64,000 bases of DNA. It comes from Acidimicrobium ferrooxidans. GTDB lineage: Bacteria > Actinomycetota > Geothermincolia > Fen-727 > Anoxymicrobiaceae. The notes beneath the pieces are model-generated. The model was not told the DNA's origin. It worked only from the letters and a program-made list of their open reading frames with translations, and searched no databases. Where the stretch lies: positions 27,057 through 91,056 of the forward strand of contig DYIU01000004.1 in NCBI GenBank assembly GCA_020723485.1, given 5' to 3'. The position numbers were made by a program, and so were the translations under genes. Each line of letters starts with the position of its first letter. Position 1 is the stretch's first letter. This document shows positions 48,514 to 59,394 of the stretch, in pieces.

Positions 48514-49863
48514 TCAGATGAGGAGCAGCCTGCCGATGACAAGGTATATGGCCAGGCTGATGACATCCATCGTCGTGCCGAGAAGCGGCCCCGACACCGC
48601 CCCCGGGTCGCGCTTGAACGCCTTCAGGGTCAGGGGCAGCGCGCACCCCACCAGCGATGCCGCGATCACCGTAAGGGCCAGGGACAGGCCCACCACGATC
48701 CCGATATAGGCGTCCTGCTCGAATATCACCGCTATGAGGGCTACCACCGCCCCGGTGACCGCTCCCACCAGCACCGCCCACCCCAGCTCCCCGGTCATTG
48801 CTCGAACGGTAGAGCCCTGGGGCGCCGTCCCGGTGGTGAGCCAGCGGCCCATGATGGTCGAGGACTGCACGGCGATGTTGCCTCCCATCGTGACCAGCAG
48901 GGGGATGAAGAAGACGAGCACGAGGAACCTGGTGAAGACCGGCGAGTAGAGCTTGAGGATCCCCCCCGCCACCAGCACTTCGATGACCACCGCCAGCACG
49001 AACCACGGGAGCCTCCTCGACAGGTCGGTCCACAGGCCGCGGGGCTCCTCCTCGTCGAAGCCCGCCGCTCCCGCGAACCGCATGAGGTCCTCCTCGGCTT
49101 CGTCGCCGATGACGTCCATCACGTCGTCGACCGTGACGATGCCGAGCAGGTAGCCCTCCTCGTCCGTGACCGGGACGGCCAGCCAGTCGTACTTGCTTAT
49201 GATGCCGGCGACCTCCTCCTGGTCGCGCTCCGGCCTGACCGCGACGGAGTCACCGCGTATCATCTCTCCCACCCTGCGCCCCGGGGGGCTGACGATGAGC
49301 TCCCGGAGCGAGAGCACGCCCAGCAGCTTTCCCTCGTCGGAGACGACGTAGACGTAGTATATGGTCTCTATCTCGGGCGGGACTCCGCGGAGCCGGTTTA
49401 TGACCTCGTCGGCGGTGGCGTCGGGGCTCACCGCGATGTAATCGGTGGTCATCAGGCCGCCGGCGGTCTCGTCGCCGTAGGTGAGCAGCATCTCCAGCTC
49501 GTCGGCTTCCTGTCGGCCGAAGAGCTTCAGGAGGCGGTTGCGCTGGCCCTCGGGGATGTCGCCGAGCAGGTCCACCGCCTCGTCAACGGGCATCCGCGCC
49601 AGCAGGTTGCGCAGCTCACCCGTCCTCAGGCGTCCCGCCACCTCCACCTGGTGGGGCTCCTCCATCTCGAGGAGCACCCGCGCCGCCGCACGCGGCTCCA
49701 TGTTCACCAGCAGTTCTACCTCGTCGTCCAGCTCGAGCTCCGGCAGCACCTCGGCGGCGTCAGCGGACTGGAGCCCCGCGACTGTGCGGACCGCGTGCTT
49801 TATCTCGCCGCGCTCCAGCAGGTCCCTGACCGTCTGGAGCATGAGCTCGTTCTGTTCGTCCAT
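48514..49863 (-). CDS. mgtE: magnesium transporter MgtE
   Basis: TAGGLMT, CBS pair, RLPW, MGGN...Q and DP..SGPL..T..D. Confidence 0.92.
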   Translation of the reverse strand: MDEQNELMLQTVRDLLERGEIKHAVRTVAGLQSADAAEVLPELELDDEVELLVNMEPRAAARVLLEMEEPHQVEVAGRLRTGELRNLLARMPVDEAVDLLGDIPEGQRNRLLKLFGRQEADELEMLLTYGDETAGGLMTTDYIAVSPDATADEVINRLRGVPPEIETIYYVYVVSDEGKLLGVLSLRELIVSPPGRRVGEMIRGDSVAVRPERDQEEVAGIISKYDWLAVPVTDEEGYLLGIVTVDDVMDVIGDEAEEDLMRFAGAAGFDEEEPRGLWTDLSRRLPWFVLAVVIEVLVAGGILKLYSPVFTRFLVLVFFIPLLVTMGGNIAVQSSTIMGRWLTTGTAPQGSTVRAMTGELGWAVLVGAVTGAVVALIAVIFEQDAYIGIVVGLSLALTVIAASLVGCALPLTLKAFKRDPGAVSGPLLGTTMDVISLAIYLVIGRLLLI

Positions 49864-49876
49864 GGCTGTCCCGGTG

Positions 49877-50788
49877 TCACTGGTAATCGAGTCTCTTGAT
49901 GAACCCTGGGTTCTTCGACCAGTCCTTTTCGACCTTCGCCCGGAGGCTCAGGAATACCTTGTTTCCGAGGATGGGCTCCATCTCGGCGCGAGCGCGCGAG
50001 CCGATCTCCTTTATCATGCGGCCGTTCTTGCCCACGATTATCCCCTTCTGCGACTCGCGCTCCACGTAGATGACGGCCTCGATGTCGATGAGGTCGGCGT
50101 CCTCCCTCGGCTTCATCTCCTCGACCAGGACCGCTACGCTGTGCGGGACCTCGTCCCGGGTGAGCTCGAGTGCTTTCTCGCGGATGAGCTCCGCGACCAG
50201 GACCCGCTCCGGCTGGTCCGTGACCATGTCCTCCGGGAAATACCTCGGGCCCTCGGGAAGGAAGGAGGCCAGCATGGACTCGAGCTCCTCCAGGCCGGCG
50301 CCCAGCTTCGAGGAAACCCCCGCCACGCCGGCGAACCGGTAGAGGTGGCGGGCGACCTCCAGCTGAGAGTTTATCCTGCCGCTGTCGAGGAGGTCTATCT
50401 TGTTGACCACTCCGACGACGGGGGTAGGGACCTTTTCGAGCTCTCCCGCTATGAATATGTCCCCTTTGCCTATGGTCTGGGCGCCGTCCAGCACGAAGAC
50501 CACCACGTCCACGTCGCGCATCGTCCCGAGCACCAGTGAGTTCAGGCGGTCGCCCAGGGCGTCGCGCGGCTTGTGGAAGCCGGGGGTGTCGACGAAAACC
50601 AGCTGCGCGTCGGGCCTTGTGATGACGGCCCGGATGCGGTTCCTCGTGGTCTGCGGCTTCTCGGACGTGATGGCGACCTTGCGCCCGGCCAGCCTGTTCA
50701 AGAGCGTGGATTTCCCCACGTTGGGCCGGCCCACGAGGCCTATGAAGCCGGAACGGTACTGCGTGCCTGAATCGCCGCCTAGGTCCAA
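49877..50788 (-). CDS. era: GTPase Era
   Basis: GRPNVGKST, QTTR, DTPG, NKID and KH domain (SQKGIIVGKNG). Confidence 0.96.
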   Translation of the reverse strand: MDLGGDSGTQYRSGFIGLVGRPNVGKSTLLNRLAGRKVAITSEKPQTTRNRIRAVITRPDAQLVFVDTPGFHKPRDALGDRLNSLVLGTMRDVDVVVFVLDGAQTIGKGDIFIAGELEKVPTPVVGVVNKIDLLDSGRINSQLEVARHLYRFAGVAGVSSKLGAGLEELESMLASFLPEGPRYFPEDMVTDQPERVLVAELIREKALELTRDEVPHSVAVLVEEMKPREDADLIDIEAVIYVERESQKGIIVGKNGRMIKEIGSRARAEMEPILGNKVFLSLRAKVEKDWSKNPGFIKRLDYQ

Positions 50789-50834
50789 GTCTATCCACTC
50801 CGTTTCGCCGGTCGGAGCGGCAGGCCCCCTGGCA

Positions 50835-52004
50835 TCAGGTCCCCTTGGGGAACCGGCGCATGCCGATATTCAAGAGCAGACCGATACAGAAGAAATTGAC
50901 CAGGAGCGAGCTGCCGCCGTAGCTCACGAAAGGTAACGGGATACCTGTTATCGGCATTATCCCCATCGTCATGCCGACGTTGACCACTATCTGGAAGAAG
51001 AACATGACCACTATGCCCACGGCCAGCATCGTGCCGAACGGGTCGCGGGCGGTTATCGCTATCTTGAAAGCCCTCCACAGGAGCACGGCGAAGAGCGCCA
51101 GCAGTACGACCGCACCCAGGAAGCCCAGCTCCTCGCCTATAACCGAGAAGATGAAGTCGGTGTGGTGCTCGGGGATGAACTTGAGGTTCGTCTGCGTGCC
51201 CTGGAAGAGGCCCTTGCCCAGGAGCTGGCCGGAGCCGATGGCGATCTTTGACTGGAGCAGGTTGTAGCCTGACTGCAGGGGGTCCATGTCAGGCTTCAGG
51301 AAAACCATCAGGCGCGTGAGCTGGTACGATTTGAGCACGTGCAGCTGCAGCGCCGCGAGGACCGCGACGAGAGAGCCCGCCCCCAGGACCGCCATCTGCC
51401 TCAGGGTCGCCCCTCCCACCACCAGCATGCCCACGGCGATGATGAAGATGGAGAGCGTCATGCCAAGGTCGGGCTCCAGGAAAATGAAGAACATCGGGAC
51501 CAGGGCGATTCCGAGCGCCTGCGCGAAGTCCTTGATCGAGCTGAGCTCCATCCTGCGGTCGGCGATGAAGGTCGCGAGCATGATTATCACGGCGAGCTTC
51601 GCTATCTCGGAGGGCTGCGGGTCGAAGAAGGGAAGCGATATCCACCTGTGGGCGCCGCCCCTCGCCGGGAACAGGAGCACGACCATCAGCAGGAAGACCG
51701 TGACGCCGTAGATTATCTTGGCGTACGGCATTGTCTTGTGGTAGTCAAAACCCGCCCCGAGCGCCATGAAAAGCAGGGCCAGGACGAAGAAGAGCAGCTG
51801 CCGCTTCAGGTAGAACGTGGAGGGCGTGTCCGCGCGGGTGGCGCTGAATATCATGATTATCCCGAACACTCCCAGCGCGAGGGCCGCGAAGAGCAGCAGC
51901 TTGTCTACGTTGCGCATCGGGAAGCGCTTGAGGAGCTCCTTCGAGGCGCTCCGGCGCACGAGCCCCGGTGAGAACTCCGCGTTTCCCGGTCGGCTGCTCA
52001 TCAT
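50835..52004 (-). CDS. rodA: rod shape-determining protein RodA
   Basis: GAHRW, QPSE..K, EPDLG, IAIGSG, TDFIFS..GEE and GIPLPFVSYGGSS. Confidence 0.95.
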   Translation of the reverse strand: MMSSRPGNAEFSPGLVRRSASKELLKRFPMRNVDKLLLFAALALGVFGIIMIFSATRADTPSTFYLKRQLLFFVLALLFMALGAGFDYHKTMPYAKIIYGVTVFLLMVVLLFPARGGAHRWISLPFFDPQPSEIAKLAVIIMLATFIADRRMELSSIKDFAQALGIALVPMFFIFLEPDLGMTLSIFIIAVGMLVVGGATLRQMAVLGAGSLVAVLAALQLHVLKSYQLTRLMVFLKPDMDPLQSGYNLLQSKIAIGSGQLLGKGLFQGTQTNLKFIPEHHTDFIFSVIGEELGFLGAVVLLALFAVLLWRAFKIAITARDPFGTMLAVGIVVMFFFQIVVNVGMTMGIMPITGIPLPFVSYGGSSLLVNFFCIGLLLNIGMRRFPKGT

Positions 52005-52019
52005 TTCGCGGACACCGCC

Positions 52020-53999
52020 CTAGTCCCCGACGCTCGGCCGTATCTCGCCGGCCGGCGGGATGTTGAAGAGCCCCTCGAGGATGCGCCTGGCCACCGGAGC
52101 GGCGACCTCGCCGCCGTGGCCTCCCTGCTCGATGGCGACGGCCACCACGTACTTCGGGTCTCCCACCGGCGCGAAGCAGACGAACCACGCGGTGGGCTGC
52201 TTGCCGGCTATCTCGCTCGTTCCGGTCTTGCCGGCCACCGGTATCTGCGCGATGGGAAAGCCCTCGAAGGTTGCGGAAGCCGTGCCGCCCCCCTGGACCA
52301 CCCCGGTGAGGGCCTGGATGACGAAGTTCAGGTGCTGCGGGTCTATCTGCAGCTCCGCCGAGACCTCCGGCTGGACCTTCTTCACTACCTTGCCGTCGAC
52401 GTCCTCGAGCTGCTTCATGACGTGTGGCCTCATGAACTTCCCGTTGTTGGCAAGCCCGGAGTACATGTACGCCACCTGCAGGGGAGTCGTGAGGATGTCG
52501 CCCTGCCCGATGGCCATGTTGACCGTGTCGCCCGGGTACCAGACCTGGTACTCGGGGTTGTCCTTGTTGAAATCCTTCTTCCACTCCGGGCTGGGGACCC
52601 GGCCGTCCATCTCGCTTGTCAGGTCGATGCCGGTGCGCTTGCCCAGCTGCCAGTCCCGCGTGTACTCCCACAGCGGCCGCCCGGTGCTGGTGCCCTGCCG
52701 CTGGTAGAAGGTTAGACCGAGGTTATAGAAGACGATGTCGCAGGACTCGACTATGCCGTTGAAGAGGTCGATGTGGTTATGAGTGCTCCAGCAGGTCTTC
52801 GGGTAGTCCTTGAACGGACCGGTCGTGAACACGTGCGCGCAGTCGAAGGCCGACTGCATGTTGTACGTGCCCTCCTTGAGGGCGGCCAGCGCCGTGACGA
52901 CCTTGAAGGTGGACCCGGGCGGCAGCTCGCTCATTATCGCGCGGTTGTTCATAGGGTACTCGTTCTTCGGGTCGGTGAGCTGCTTCCACTTCTTGTCGCT
53001 TATGCCGCCCACGAAGTCGTTCAGGCTGAACGTAGGGTATGAGGCCATGGCGATTACCTCGCCGGTCTTGGGGTCCATCACGACCGCGGCGGCGCCCGTC
53101 GCCTTGTACCTGATGTCCTCCTTGGTCTTTGCCTCGGGGTCGTTCCTGGTCCGGGCGATCTCGACTCCGGACATCAGCGAGGATTCGACCAGCGCCTGGA
53201 TGTTCTGGTCGATCGTGGTGCGCATGTTCTGGCCCGCCCGGGCTTCCTCGCGTGATATCTCGCGGATGGAGTTGCCCTGGGCGTCCACCTCGAGGCGGTA
53301 CTTGCCTACCTTGCCGCGGAGCTCCTCGTCGTAGGTGGACTCGACGCCGGAGAGACCGATCTCGTCGCCGGCGATGTAGCCCTCGCCCTTCTTCTCCTCG
53401 AGCATCTCCGGGTTTATCTCGCCCAGGTACCCTATGATGTGGGCCGCGAGCGAGCTGTACGGGTACTCCCGCACCGGCCTCGTGCTGGCGATGACGCCGG
53501 GGAACTCCCGCTGGTGCTCGCGGACGTAGGTCACTATCTCCTCGCCGACGTCGCTCTTTATTAGGACCGCCCTGCGGTTGGGGGCCTGGGACTTCTCTAT
53601 CTTGTAGGCAATCTCCTTCTCGCCCATCCCGAGCAGCTTGGAGAGCCTTCCGATGACGGCCTCCTCCTGGTCCTTCATCTCGGCCGGCACAACCGAGATG
53701 GTGAGCGCGTTCCTGTTCTTGACCAGGACCAGGCCGTTGCGGTCGAGGATGCGGCCCCGGGGCGCCTCCACCGAGATCTCGCGGATGCGGTTCCCCTCCG
53801 CCTTCTTGCGGTAGTCGTTGCCGGAGACTATCTGCATGAACCACAGCCGCGTGAACAGCACCGCGAAAGCTATTGCGATGACGATGCCGAGGATGGCTAT
53901 GCGCCGCTGCAGGTTGTCCTGGGCGGTGTCCGGCTTGTAGTACGTCGTCTCATCCGGCTTTATCTTGAGCCCGTTGCGCTTAAATAGCTGCATAAACAT
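52020..53999 (-). CDS. mrdA: penicillin-binding protein 2
   Basis: APRGRILDRNG, STFK, SCD and KTGT. Confidence 0.94.
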   Translation of the reverse strand: MFMQLFKRNGLKIKPDETTYYKPDTAQDNLQRRIAILGIVIAIAFAVLFTRLWFMQIVSGNDYRKKAEGNRIREISVEAPRGRILDRNGLVLVKNRNALTISVVPAEMKDQEEAVIGRLSKLLGMGEKEIAYKIEKSQAPNRRAVLIKSDVGEEIVTYVREHQREFPGVIASTRPVREYPYSSLAAHIIGYLGEINPEMLEEKKGEGYIAGDEIGLSGVESTYDEELRGKVGKYRLEVDAQGNSIREISREEARAGQNMRTTIDQNIQALVESSLMSGVEIARTRNDPEAKTKEDIRYKATGAAAVVMDPKTGEVIAMASYPTFSLNDFVGGISDKKWKQLTDPKNEYPMNNRAIMSELPPGSTFKVVTALAALKEGTYNMQSAFDCAHVFTTGPFKDYPKTCWSTHNHIDLFNGIVESCDIVFYNLGLTFYQRQGTSTGRPLWEYTRDWQLGKRTGIDLTSEMDGRVPSPEWKKDFNKDNPEYQVWYPGDTVNMAIGQGDILTTPLQVAYMYSGLANNGKFMRPHVMKQLEDVDGKVVKKVQPEVSAELQIDPQHLNFVIQALTGVVQGGGTASATFEGFPIAQIPVAGKTGTSEIAGKQPTAWFVCFAPVGDPKYVVAVAIEQGGHGGEVAAPVARRILEGLFNIPPAGEIRPSVGD

Positions 54000-54014
54000 T
54001 CACCGGCAGGCCGG

Positions 54015-54533
54015 TCACGCTCTCCTCGTCACTAACAGTGAGTCTTCTTTCTCAGGGAAACGGAAGCGGCGCAGCAGAGGGTATATCACCAGGACCGCGA
54101 GCACGTTGTAGAGCGCGGCCGCGAACATGACCCCGGCCCGCAGCGGGGGCAGCACGTCCTCACCCAGCACCACCATGACGCCCTGGTGGAGCAGTATCTC
54201 GAAGAACGTGAGGAAGAACACCAGCAGCACGGGCAGCAGTATCGAGTACGTCATGAAGAAATCCTTCAGGACCCCGGCCATGAACCCCGCCAGCGTCTTG
54301 GTGAGCGCGCTGACCCCCATGACCTGCGGGCTCGCTATGTCCTGGAGCATCCCGCCCACGAAGCCCACCACGGCTCCGGCGACGGGCCCGTCCTGCACCG
54401 CCACGACTATCGCCACCACCAGTATCAGGTCCGGCTGGACGCCCAGCAGCTTGAACTGCGGCATCACGGAGAGCTGCAGGACGAACGCGAGCGCCACCAC
54501 TACAAAGAGGAACAGCTCGCGGTTGCGGCTCAC
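54015..54533 (-). CDS. mreD: rod shape-determining protein MreD
   Basis: QPDLIL, G..GF.GG.LQD; hydrophobic; position in operon. Confidence 0.88.
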   Translation of the reverse strand: MSRNRELFLFVVVALAFVLQLSVMPQFKLLGVQPDLILVVAIVVAVQDGPVAGAVVGFVGGMLQDIASPQVMGVSALTKTLAGFMAGVLKDFFMTYSILLPVLLVFFLTFFEILLHQGVMVVLGEDVLPPLRAGVMFAAALYNVLAVLVIYPLLRRFRFPEKEDSLLVTRRA

Positions 54534-55387
54534 TGCGCCTCCTTGAGTATCACCGATTCCGGCTCGGGAGTGACGATAATGAGCACCTTGTCTAGCTTGG
54601 AGTAGCTCACGTAAGGCCGGACCTCCACGAACCGGTCCAGCCCGCTCGAGCGCTTCTTGACGTCGCTCACCTTGCCTATGACCACTCCGGGCGGCACCGT
54701 CCCGCCCAGGCCGCTCGTCTCTATCACGTCGCCCTTGCGGATGTCCGCGTCCTGATTCATCGGGACGAACCTTATTATCTCTTCGTTCCTGCCCTCGACG
54801 ATGCCGGTCTCCCGGGAGCGCTGGATGCGGGCCCCCACGCCGGAGCGTGAGTCGGTCACGAGCTGCACCACGGACGAGCGCGAGCCGACCGATATGACCC
54901 TTCCGACGAGGCCTTCCTCGGTAACGACCGCCATATACTTCTTAACCCCGGCCGAGGACCCCTTGTTGACTATCATCAGGCGCTGCCAGTTGTCCGGGGA
55001 CTGCCCGATGATGTCCGCTCCGACAGTCTCGAACTCGGCCTGGGTCTCCCCCCAGTCCAGCAACTTCCTTAGCTCCTGGTTCTCCTCGATTATCTCTTTG
55101 GACTCGATGCGCTGCCGGCGGAGCTCCGCCACCTCCCTCTGGAGGTCGGCCCTCTCCTTTGAGAGCGACGGCAGGTGGACGAGGTTCACGAAGCCGTCCT
55201 TGATCGGCCGAAATACCTTCGCGAAGACACTGCTCACCGGGGAGACCAGGTCGAGGAAGAAGTTCTGCACCTTGTGCAGCGGGCCGCTGTCGGTCTCGCG
55301 CACGTAGAGGGTGACCACGGAAACACAGACTATTATCAGCAGTATCAGGATGATGCGGTTTCTGCTGGTCCTGGGAGCGGCAGGCAT
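54530..55387 (-). CDS. mreC: rod shape-determining protein MreC
   Basis: TM plus coiled coil (EENQELRKLL), GLVGRV and TSGLGG..P.G..IG. Confidence 0.92.
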   Translation of the reverse strand: MPAAPRTSRNRIILILLIIVCVSVVTLYVRETDSGPLHKVQNFFLDLVSPVSSVFAKVFRPIKDGFVNLVHLPSLSKERADLQREVAELRRQRIESKEIIEENQELRKLLDWGETQAEFETVGADIIGQSPDNWQRLMIVNKGSSAGVKKYMAVVTEEGLVGRVISVGSRSSVVQLVTDSRSGVGARIQRSRETGIVEGRNEEIIRFVPMNQDADIRKGDVIETSGLGGTVPPGVVIGKVSDVKKRSSGLDRFVEVRPYVSYSKLDKVLIIVTPEPESVILKEAQ

Positions 55388-55406
55388 GGTTATTCCCCGG
55401 TCGCCA

Positions 55407-56525
<1,119 letters not shown>

Positions 56526-56619
56526 TCAAGTAACCTATTATGCACAAATGGTGCTCACATGCTACACGCGATTTTAACACAACTTTACTTATCTAACATT
56601 AGCCAACCAGAGCAACAAC

Positions 56620-56719
56620 ATGCACACCGGGGTCAGGTCCCTTGTTGCGTTCGCCTCGTGCGCACCGCGAGGCGAGATAAAGATAAAAACGCAACAAGGG
56701 ACCTGACCCCGGTGTGCAT
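56620..56719. repeat. GGGGTCAG-family palindrome with perfect 32-bp arms
   Basis: ATGCACACCGGGGTCAGGTCCCTTGTTGCGTT and its exact reverse complement; inner TCGCCTCG/CGAGGCGA hairpin. Confidence 0.92.
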
Positions 56720-57126
56720 TACTCGGGGAAGAAGAGGGATATCTCGCGGGCGGCGCTCTCGGAGGAGTCGGAGCCGTGCACCAGGTTGTGCGTCACGCTC
56801 GTCGCGTAGGCGCCGCGTATGGAGCCGGGAGTCGCCTCGAGCGGGTCCGTGGGCCCCATTACGACCCGTACCGACTCGATCGCGTTCTCCCCTCCTATCA
56901 CCGCAAGGACCGACAGGCCTTCGGTGATGTATTCGATGAGGTCGTCGTAGAACGGCTTGCCCTTGTGCTCGGCGTAGTGCTTCTCGGCGAGCTCGCGGCT
57001 TATGTGCATCCCCTGGATCTTCTGTATGGTGTAGCCCTTACGCTCGACGCGCTGCAGTATCTCGCCGACCAGCCCCCGGGAGACCCCGTCCGGCTTCACT
57101 ATCAGTAGCGTCTGCTCGTATGCCAT
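56719..57126 (-). CDS. ndk: nucleoside-diphosphate kinase
   Basis: KPDGV, HY.EH.GKPFY, PGSIRG and NLVHGSDS. Confidence 0.96.
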   Translation of the reverse strand: MAYEQTLLIVKPDGVSRGLVGEILQRVERKGYTIQKIQGMHISRELAEKHYAEHKGKPFYDDLIEYITEGLSVLAVIGGENAIESVRVVMGPTDPLEATPGSIRGAYATSVTHNLVHGSDSSESAAREISLFFPE

Positions 57127-57135
57127 GTACCCTCC

Positions 57136-58491
57136 TCACCTGTCCTGCCGCATCTCACGGGAGGCCTTCTGGTGCCTGAAATAGACCCTGGCCTCGGAGA
57201 CCGTGTAGAGAGAGCCGGTCACGCAAATCAGACCGGCCTCACCCGCGATATTATACGCGAGCCTCATCGCTTTGGCGAAATCCGGCTCGGCGCGGTGCTC
57301 TATCCTCTCCATCCTGCAGAAGCTGGCCAGCCGGCTCGCGCTTGTCGACCTCGCGCTCCTGTTCTCAGTGAGCACGAGCTCATCGGCGACCGCCCCGAGT
57401 ATCTTGAGCATGCCCCGCGCGTCCTTGTCGGCGAGTATCGCGACTACCACGATGAGCCGGTCGTAGTCGAACTCGCCGCTGAGCGCGGCGGCGAGCCTGT
57501 CCACCCCCAGGACGTTGTGCGCCCCGTCGGTCACCACCATCGGTCTCGTGGAGAGGACCTCGAGCCTGCCGGGGACTTTGCTTTCCTCGAGCGCGCCCCT
57601 GAAGGCCTCGGCGTCGGTCCTGCCGCGGGGGTCCGTGTACGCCTGGCAGGCCGCGATGGCGCACGCAGCGTTGACCGCCTGGTGCTTCCCGATGAGCGGG
57701 AGCTTGATGTCGTTGAACTCGATGCCGTCGAGCCCGCGAAGCGAGAGCAGCTGCGCTGGAGGCTCGCCCGCGACGCGGTACGGCAGGTGGTACTCCAGCC
57801 TGAAGTCGCGGCCGAACACCTTCATCTCGGCGCCGACCTCCTCGCAGCGTTCGGACATGAGCATCAGTATCTCCCTGCGGCCCTCGGCGGTCACCAGGAT
57901 GGAGCCCTCGTTGATTATGCCCGCCTTCTCGCGCGCTATCGCCTCGCGCGTCCGGCCCAGCTCGTCCACGTGGTCGAGGTCCACGTTGGTTATGACGGCC
58001 ACGTCGCAGTCGACCACGTTGGTCGAGTCCCAGCGGCCGCCCATGCCCACCTCCAGCACCGCGACGTCCACCTCCATCAACCTGAAGTACTCGAGCGCCA
58101 TAGCGGTCACGACCTCGAAGTATGTCAGCGCTTCGCCCGCCTCCCGCTCGGCGGCCTCGATGGCCGGCTTTATGGAGGTCAGTACCTGCGCGAAGGAGTT
58201 GGCCTGGATGAGCCTCCCGTCGACCGAGATACGCTCACGGACGGTCTCGAGGTGCGGTGAGGTGAAGAGGCCGGTCTTTAATCCGCACCTGCTTAGGATG
58301 CCCGCGCACATGTGAGCGACCGAGGTCTTGCCGTTGGTCCCGGTTATCTGGATGGCGTCGTACGCCGACTGAGGTTCGCCCAGCTCGCGGCAGGTCGCGC
58401 TGATGCGGTCGAGCGAGGGCTTGACCCCCAGCACGACCTTGCTGTCCAGGAAATCGACCGCCTCAGAGTACTTCAAACCACTCCCCACCAC
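57136..58491 (-). CDS. folC: folylpolyglutamate synthase/dihydrofolate synthase
   Basis: ITGTNGKTS, TSPHL..VRERI, EVGMGGRWD.TN, EKAGII, PGRLE and DGAHN. Confidence 0.94.
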   Translation of the reverse strand: MVGSGLKYSEAVDFLDSKVVLGVKPSLDRISATCRELGEPQSAYDAIQITGTNGKTSVAHMCAGILSRCGLKTGLFTSPHLETVRERISVDGRLIQANSFAQVLTSIKPAIEAAEREAGEALTYFEVVTAMALEYFRLMEVDVAVLEVGMGGRWDSTNVVDCDVAVITNVDLDHVDELGRTREAIAREKAGIINEGSILVTAEGRREILMLMSERCEEVGAEMKVFGRDFRLEYHLPYRVAGEPPAQLLSLRGLDGIEFNDIKLPLIGKHQAVNAACAIAACQAYTDPRGRTDAEAFRGALEESKVPGRLEVLSTRPMVVTDGAHNVLGVDRLAAALSGEFDYDRLIVVVAILADKDARGMLKILGAVADELVLTENRSARSTSASRLASFCRMERIEHRAEPDFAKAMRLAYNIAGEAGLICVTGSLYTVSEARVYFRHQKASREMRQDR

Positions 58492-58494
58492 TTA

Positions 58495-58576
58495 AAGCCG
58501 GGGTCAGGCCTGATTTTTTTAAGCCCGCTGCCATATGTTGGGGCCCTGCTCAAATAATCAGGCCTGACCCCGGCTT
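58495..58576. repeat. GGGGTCAG-family palindrome with perfect 21-bp arms
   Basis: AAGCCGGGGTCAGGCCTGATT / AATCAGGCCTGACCCCGGCTT. Confidence 0.9.
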
Positions 58577-58581
58577 AAATA

Positions 58582-59223
58582 CTATTTCAAGATGCCGGTG
58601 AGATACAGTTCTGAGAACTCCTCGGCCAGGCGGGCGGGCTCGTAGGACGCGAGCTCGGGGTTGGCGAAGAGCGCCTGCTCTACCATCAGGTAGCCCGTCA
58701 TGCCCATGAACGCCATGGTGGCGAGCAGCGGGTCCACGCTCTCTCGCAGGAGGCCCTTCTCCTGCCAGAGCACCACGCACTCCCGGACGAAATCTCGCGA
58801 CGGGGCGAGCATCTTCTCGAAGAAAGCGCCCGCCATGGCCGGGTCCTTCACCGACTCCCCGACGACGACCCGCATGAAGTCCGCCTCGAGGTAGAAGTAG
58901 GTGAACATCCCCTGGATCAGGAACTTGATGGCGGTCCCGGGCTCGAGCTCGGGTATCAGGTCCCGCACCATGTCGAGCGCGGTGAAAGCCATGGAGCGGC
59001 TCTCGACCACGGCCTGGAACACGCCTTCCTTGTTATCGAAATAGCGGTACAAGGCGCCGCCCGTAAGGCCCGCCCGCTTCGCTATCTCGCTCATCGTTGC
59101 CCCGTGGAGCCCCCTCTCGGCAAAGACCTCCAGAGCGACTTGCAGTATCCTATCGCGCGTGGTGAGCGATTCGGCGCCGGCCTTCTCGACCGAGGTCCCG
59201 TCCTTACCGTCCTTTTTCGCCAT
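58582..59223 (-). CDS. TetR/AcrR family regulator
   Basis: TRDRIL..A..VFAERG..GATMSEIA.RAGLT.GALYRYF.NKE; ATG at 59223. Confidence 0.92.
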   Translation of the reverse strand: MAKKDGKDGTSVEKAGAESLTTRDRILQVALEVFAERGLHGATMSEIAKRAGLTGGALYRYFDNKEGVFQAVVESRSMAFTALDMVRDLIPELEPGTAIKFLIQGMFTYFYLEADFMRVVVGESVKDPAMAGAFFEKMLAPSRDFVRECVVLWQEKGLLRESVDPLLATMAFMGMTGYLMVEQALFANPELASYEPARLAEEFSELYLTGILK

Positions 59224-59291
59224 CACTCTCTCCTGGTGACTCGTTTCCGACTGGGTTTTCCTTAATATCGAAGAATTCACCCGTAAGAGTC

Positions 59292-59358
59292 TTGACATGG
59301 GTCGTAATAGTTATAATACTGGACGTAACGATGTCTTCACTTATCATAAGACTATCGT
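59292..59358. promoter_or_regulatory. divergent promoter region with candidate TetR operator
   Basis: AT-rich; TTGACA and TATAAT present but only 14 nt apart; ACGAT-GTCTT...AAGAC-T-ATCGT inverted repeat at 59328-59358. Confidence 0.45.
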
Positions 59359-59394
59359 ATCACACAAGCAGGAATATGTCGAGAGGTGGTGGCA